64,000 nucleotides of DNA from positions 610,289 through 674,288 of the forward strand of contig CAWDNZ010000005.1 in NCBI GenBank assembly GCA_963803845.1, given 5' to 3'. Under the pieces are notes generated by a model. It made no database searches, had not been told where the DNA came from, and saw only the letters and a list, made by a program, of their open reading frames with translations. This document shows positions 63,641-64,000 of the stretch, piece by piece (position 1 is the first letter of the stretch; every line of letters begins with the position of its first letter). This DNA is from an uncultured Acidimicrobiales bacterium. Lineage in GTDB: Bacteria > Actinomycetota > Acidimicrobiia > Acidimicrobiales > SZUA-35. Position numbers and translations under genes: made by a program.

Positions 63641-64000
63641 TTACAGGCCGATGCGTTGGGCGAGTTGTTCGCGGTGGTAGGCGGGGTCGCCGAACATCAA
63701 CTCCGAGCTCTTGGCCCGCTTGAAGTACAGGTGGGCGGGGTGTTCCCAGGTGAAGCCGATCCCGCCGTGGATCTGGATGTTTTCGGCCGCCGCGTGGAAA
63801 TAGGCATCGGAGCAGTAGGCCTTTGCAAGGCTGGCCACCGACGGGAGTTCGTCGTTCATTTCGCTGGCGCACCAGAGCCCGTAGTATGCGGCGCTCTTGG
63901 CACTCTCCACCTCCACCAGCATGTCCGCCAGCTTGTGTTTGATCGCCTGGAATGACCCGATGGGTCGGCCGAATTGCACGCGATCCTTGGCGTACTGGGT
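63641..64000 (-). CDS. acyl-CoA dehydrogenase, C-terminal fragment (gene continues right of the window)
   Basis: ..QFGRPIGSFQAIKHKLADMLVEVESAKSA..IQIHGGIGFTWEHPAHLYFKRA... The frame is open to the window edge. Confidence 0.85.
   Translation of the reverse strand, partial: TQYAKDRVQFGRPIGSFQAIKHKLADMLVEVESAKSAAYYGLWCASEMNDELPSVASLAKAYCSDAYFHAAAENIQIHGGIGFTWEHPAHLYFKRAKSSELMFGDPAYHREQLAQRIGL

Overview
High-GC, densely packed chromosomal segment with actinobacterial-type gene content (tatB/tatC-helY synteny, DUF4193, DUF2207, DUF4214, LLM-type oxidoreductase). I can support about 60 protein-coding genes on both strands, almost all housekeeping or metabolic. They include Tat export, HelY helicase, a ThyX-like protein, a LysM/SLT cell-wall hydrolase, GlnRS, threonine aldolase, sufC-sufS-sufU, an ECF transporter, PlsC and RNase Z. 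Also present are acyl-CoA and acetoacetyl-CoA ligases, a DsbA / nucleoside hydrolase / ribokinase operon, HMG-CoA lyase, an alpha-galactoside uptake and utilisation locus with a DeoR regulator, thrB, and several oxidoreductases. I found no rRNA, tRNA, CRISPR array, transposase, integrase, phage gene or recognisable defence gene, and I do not see a convincing novel multi-gene protein system. The unusual content is mostly non-coding. (1) A GC-rich repeat family of about 95-145 bp (REP/BIME-like) sits at four intergenic loci, including a five-unit tandem array. (2) An AT-rich pair of inverted 76 bp palindromic modules lies directly upstream of thrB, and its last arm overlaps the likely Shine-Dalgarno. 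(3) There are two apparent homopolymer frameshifts in one sugar locus, in the GH36 alpha-galactosidase and a MalG-like permease. (4) Several phased tandem repeats lie in promoter regions. Unusual domain architectures include a biotinyl-domain/carboxyltransferase fusion and a membrane-domain/EcfA fusion. Many long ORFs in the six-frame track are high-GC shadow ORFs and were not called. All product calls rest on motifs recognised by eye; no database search was run.
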